A DNA stretch of 64,000 nucleotides from an uncultured Alphaproteobacteria bacterium. GTDB lineage: Bacteria > Pseudomonadota > Alphaproteobacteria > Micropepsales > Micropepsaceae. Location of the stretch: assembly GCA_963805005.1 (NCBI GenBank), contig CAWDSJ010000001.1, forward strand, positions 357,734 through 421,733, in the 5' to 3' direction. The notes under the pieces were generated by a model. The model was not told where the DNA came from. It searched no databases and saw nothing but the letters and a program-made list of their open reading frames with translations. The position numbers and the translations under genes are program-made. Shown piece by piece: positions 60,511 to 64,000 of this stretch (the first letter of the stretch is position 1; each line of letters opens with the position of its first letter).

Positions 60511-60762
60511 ATTTGTGCGTCACTTTGCTTTGACTCCGGGTACTAGGTTTACGGGGGAGGTGCTGAGCCGGCTTTGACCGGCGAAGAAGGGGAAAATGCG
60601 GTTCGATTTCAACGGACTTTGCTGTAGTAAAGCCATCGCCCGCGGCAGCGTCGGCGATCTGCTTCGCGGCCGCCTGAAACTCGGTCGTCAAGCGCGGTCA
60701 TCGCTTCGCCGTCCGGCGCGATGCGCGTCGAGGATGCGGACGAGCGAGGATGCGGCAGCAAC

Positions 60763-60791
60763 AAAAAAACCGGCCCCTCGATCGGTGCCGG
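60763..60791 (-). terminator. Rho-independent terminator-like hairpin with U7 tail
   Basis: Minus strand CCGGCACC-GATCGA-GGGGCCGG followed by TTTTTTT. Confidence 0.5.
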
Positions 60792-61242
60792 GCGCGCTAC
60801 CCCATGACGGAGATTTTCATACACATTTTGATCAAACCGGGCAAGCGGGCGTCCCGGGATTGTCGATAGCACACGATTTGTCCGGGTTACGTAGCACACG
60901 AGTTGTCCGTTTTTGGAGCCGTTCTAAAGGGATGGCGCGGAGTAACGGGACATGAAATCCATTTCCGTTGTGCGCACGAAGAGCCGGGGGCGATTTGAGC
61001 GTTTTACGTATGGCGTCCCGGTATTCATTAAAAGGCGCCGGTACGCGGGTCGGGTTTCAACGAAGCCGGGTACTATGGCGCTCTCGCTCCCAGTGTGCCC
61101 AATGGCTTTGCGCCAGCGAAAGCGCCGGCCCGGCCCAGCGGCCGAGATTTCAGCCTCTGCGCTTAAACCTTCGTCTTCCCTGCTTGAAGGGGATCGTGTC
61201 CTGGCGCAAAGTCGCTCGCGACATCTTTTGAAGGGAACCCCC

Positions 61243-61773
61243 ATGGCAATCTCATTCTACGACGCAAGCGTTGCGAACTACATCCAGATCGTCGGCGCGA
61301 TGACCGGCGTGCTCGACAAAGGGCTCAAGCACTGCCGCGAGGCCGGGATCGATCCCGAGACGATGGTGGCGGCGCGGCTGGCGCCCGACATGTGGCCGTT
61401 CGGTTTTCAGATCCATTCGATCGCCCATCATTCGCTGGGCGCCATCAAGGGCATCAAGGCCGGCGTGTTTCACCCGCCCGCCGAGATGCCGGCGTATACC
61501 TATGCCCAGCTGCAAGGCGCGATCGCCGACACGCTGTCGTCGCTGCAGAAGCTGACGCCGGCGGAGGTGAACGCACTGGAAGGCAACGATGTCATGTTCG
61601 AGGTGGTTAGCATGAACATGAAAATGCCGTTCACGGCGACGGGTTTTCTGATGTCGTTCTCGCTGCCGAATTTCTTCTTCCATGCCACGACGGCCTACGA
61701 CATCCTGCGTTCCAAAGGCGTGCCGCTGGGAAAGCTCGATTTCATGGGCATGCCGCGCATGAAGCCGATGTAG
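61243..61773 (+). CDS. DUF1993 (DinB-like) protein
   Basis: RLAPDMWPFGFQI, FSLPNFFFHATTAYDILRSKGVPLGKLDF. Confidence 0.9.
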   Translation: MAISFYDASVANYIQIVGAMTGVLDKGLKHCREAGIDPETMVAARLAPDMWPFGFQIHSIAHHSLGAIKGIKAGVFHPPAEMPAYTYAQLQGAIADTLSSLQKLTPAEVNALEGNDVMFEVVSMNMKMPFTATGFLMSFSLPNFFFHATTAYDILRSKGVPLGKLDFMGMPRMKPM

Positions 61774-61852
61774 AGGCTGCGGGAATCACTCAATCGGTTC
61801 GTCCCGTGCAGCCAGGGCTGTCGCATATGGCTTGGACGCCGTAAGAAATTTT

Positions 61853-62057
61853 TCTCACGTGGAGACAGCGAGGCGCGGAGAATAAGTGGCGCGAAGCGCA
61901 ATCAATCTTACCGCCAAGGCGCCAAGGACGCCAAGGATCGGGGACGGTCCACAAGCTCTTGGCGCCTTTGCGTCTTGGCGGTTCAACTTTGCGTAATGGT
62001 ATTGGCGCTACGCGCCGGATTGTTCCCTTCGCGTCTCCCTGTCTCCGCGTGAGAATA
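61853..62057. repeat. Nested REPIN-like composite
   Basis: Outer TTCTCACGTGGAGACAG / CTGTCTCCGCGTGAGAA arms; inner ACCGCCAAG / CTTGGCGGT arms; core shared with 37765-37806. Confidence 0.8.
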
Positions 62058-62180
62058 ATTCGCCCACGCAGCCTCGGTCTGTATGCGATAGCCTTGCCTG
62101 CGCAGCGGGGAGGGGACCGAGAATGCAGGCGCTCGACCGGCCCGTTTAGGCGAGCCTCGCCATGCCCCATGCACGCCGGC

Positions 62181-64000
62181 TTATCGGCCCATGGCATTGC
62201 GCAGGAGCGCGCCGAAGACGTTGCTGTAATCGTCGGTCCACGGCCGGGCGCCGTCGTCGCGGGCCGGACGCCAGCGCTTGTCGCCGATGAAGCCGGACGC
62301 CGCTTCGGGCGATTTTGCGATCAGCATGGCCTGGGTCGGGGTGACGCCGAACACCGTCGCGCCTTTCGGAGGCGCAAAGTCCTGCATCAGTGCAACCGCG
62401 CCGATCTGCCTGGCGGTTGCCGCCACCGGCGCTTCCAGCGCCAGATTGCGGTTGGACAGATGCAAGACCAGAATTCCATGAGGTTTCAAAAGGCCCAGAT
62501 AAAGCCGAAGCGCCTCGACGGTGAGCAGGTGCGTCGGCACGGTGTCGGCCGAGAACGCATCGAGCATCAGCAGATCGTAGTCGGCGCGTCTCTCGCGCGC
62601 CAAGGTCAGACGGGCGTCGCCGAGCACGACCTCGATGTGTCCTTTGGCGCAATCGCAGAGGTAGGTGAAATATCGCTTGTCCTGCGCAATCGTCCGGACC
62701 TCCGGATCGATTTCGAAGAAGCGCATGCGATCGCCGGGCCTTGTATATGTTGCAAGCGTCCCCACACCGAGGCCGACAACGCCGACATGGGCGCGCGGAT
62801 GACGCGACAGGACATTGGCCAGCGCCTGGCCCAATGGCGTTGACGCCGCATAATAGGTTGTCGCGCGACACCGCTCGGCCGGCGCGAGCGCCTGGGCGCC
62901 GTGAATGGTCGTGCCGTGGAACATCAAATGCAGGCGGCCCAGGGCGGGATCGAGAGCGCTGGCGACGCGATAGACGCCGAAAAAGCTCCGCGCCGCCAAC
63001 AGGTTCGTTTCGCGATCGGGCGGGACGAGCGCGGCCTCGAGGCAAAACGCTGCGATGGTCATCGCGAACAGCGCGGTTCTGTTGCTCACGGATGCGGCGG
63101 CAGCGGCGCCGGCGACGGCGAGTGCGACGGGCACGTAGAGCGTCTGTCCGGTATCGGGCACCAGCGCGATCGCGGCGATTGCTGCAATGCCGATGACGGT
63201 GCAGGCGATGTTCGTCCGCGAGGCAGGCGCGCCGTCCCATGGGCGGGCAAGCACGGCGGCGGCCAGCACGAGGGGAAATTCGGCGACGCTCGAGAAAATC
63301 TGCGGTGCGAGAAACGCATTGAACATGCCGCCCAGCACGCCGCCGGCCGACAGGCACAGGTAGAATTCGGTCAGATGCCTGGCGTCGGGCCGCGAATCGG
63401 CGAGGCGGCGGTGGCAGACGAGGGCGCTGAAAAAGAACGCGCCGGTATAGACGAAGAGATGGGCGGCAAGACTGCTCGAATTGATGCAGAGAAGTGCGGC
63501 AGCCATCGTCACGAAAACGACCTGCCACAACAGCGCGCGTTGGTTCGAGATGGCGGGTTCGGCCTGAAAGCTGACGATGAAGGTCAACAGATAGAGAGCA
63601 AGCGGGATCACCCAGAGGAAGGGAACCGAGGCGACATCGTCGGAGATATAGGTCGTGGCGCCCAGCATCAGGCTGGAGGGCACTGCGGCCAGCGCCAGCC
63701 ATTGCAGGCGCGCGCGCCAGGATGGCGAGGCGGGCGCCGCAACGGTCGATTGCGTTGCCCCGACGGGTGCCGGCAGGGTTTTGCGCCAGACCACCATGCC
63801 GATCGTCGCCATGAGGATGCAGAAGCCGAAATATCCGAGCGACCAGCCGGTGGACTGGCTGTGAACCGAAAGCGAGGGTTCGACGATCGTCGGATAGCAG
63901 AGCAGGGCGAGCATGCTGCCCAGATTGCTCGCGCTATAGAGGATGTACGGATTGCCTGCCTCGGATACTTGAGCGGCGGAGCGCACGTACCAGGCCTGGA
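62181..64000 (-). CDS. Fused membrane / spermidine-synthase-like SAM-dependent protein (5' end beyond the window)
   Basis: LYSASNLGS, LWVIPLALYLLTFI, HGTTIHGAQ, VVGLGVGT, FEIDP, LGDARL, LDAFSAD, WTDDYSN. Confidence 0.9.
   Translation of the reverse strand, partial: QAWYVRSAAQVSEAGNPYILYSASNLGSMLALLCYPTIVEPSLSVHSQSTGWSLGYFGFCILMATIGMVVWRKTLPAPVGATQSTVAAPASPSWRARLQWLALAAVPSSLMLGATTYISDDVASVPFLWVIPLALYLLTFIVSFQAEPAISNQRALLWQVVFVTMAAALLCINSSSLAAHLFVYTGAFFFSALVCHRRLADSRPDARHLTEFYLCLSAGGVLGGMFNAFLAPQIFSSVAEFPLVLAAAVLARPWDGAPASRTNIACTVIGIAAIAAIALVPDTGQTLYVPVALAVAGAAAAASVSNRTALFAMTIAAFCLEAALVPPDRETNLLAARSFFGVYRVASALDPALGRLHLMFHGTTIHGAQALAPAERCRATTYYAASTPLGQALANVLSRHPRAHVGVVGLGVGTLATYTRPGDRMRFFEIDPEVRTIAQDKRYFTYLCDCAKGHIEVVLGDARLTLARERRADYDLLMLDAFSADTVPTHLLTVEALRLYLGLLKPHGILVLHLSNRNLALEAPVAATARQIGAVALMQDFAPPKGATVFGVTPTQAMLIAKSPEAASGFIGDKRWRPARDDGARPWTDDYSNVFGALLRNAMGR

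Noticed and set aside
60182-60691. 169-aa ORF MTTEFQAAAK...
   Set aside because: It runs through several repeat elements and shows no family motif; at most a short remnant.

Overview
High-GC alphaproteobacterial chromosomal segment. The taxon is inferred from the recG / sdhE-mfd arrangement, the fzlA-queG pair, a CtrA box and DUF2336. Housekeeping genes (ugd, galU, frmA, recG, sdhE, mfd, ppk2, queG, fzlA, kup) are interleaved with accessory catabolic genes: a MarR-linked CoA-dependent cluster, an acyl-CoA dehydrogenase, a KstD-like flavoprotein, four full-length cytochrome P450s and several decayed remnants. Also present are two type II toxin-antitoxin pairs, one IS5-family element and a small candidate defence patch after mfd (DUF559 nuclease, DUF433/DUF5615, TIR/NDT-like protein). 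No rRNA, tRNA or CRISPR array was seen. The most unusual signal is non-coding: many intergenic gaps hold palindromic REP/REPIN-like repeats of about nine families. These include a DUF559 gene bracketed by about 80-bp inverted palindromic arms with a gene-less derivative 4 kb upstream, repeats nested inside each other, and a roughly 70-bp double-hairpin mini-element whose insertion without target duplication can be read by comparing filled and empty copies in this window. Other highlights are a CruR-like RAPP leader upstream of a plug-less CACGC beta-barrel, a P450 fused to an extra beta-rich domain, and a duplicated 207-bp AT-rich element. All family assignments are from motif recognition, not database searches.
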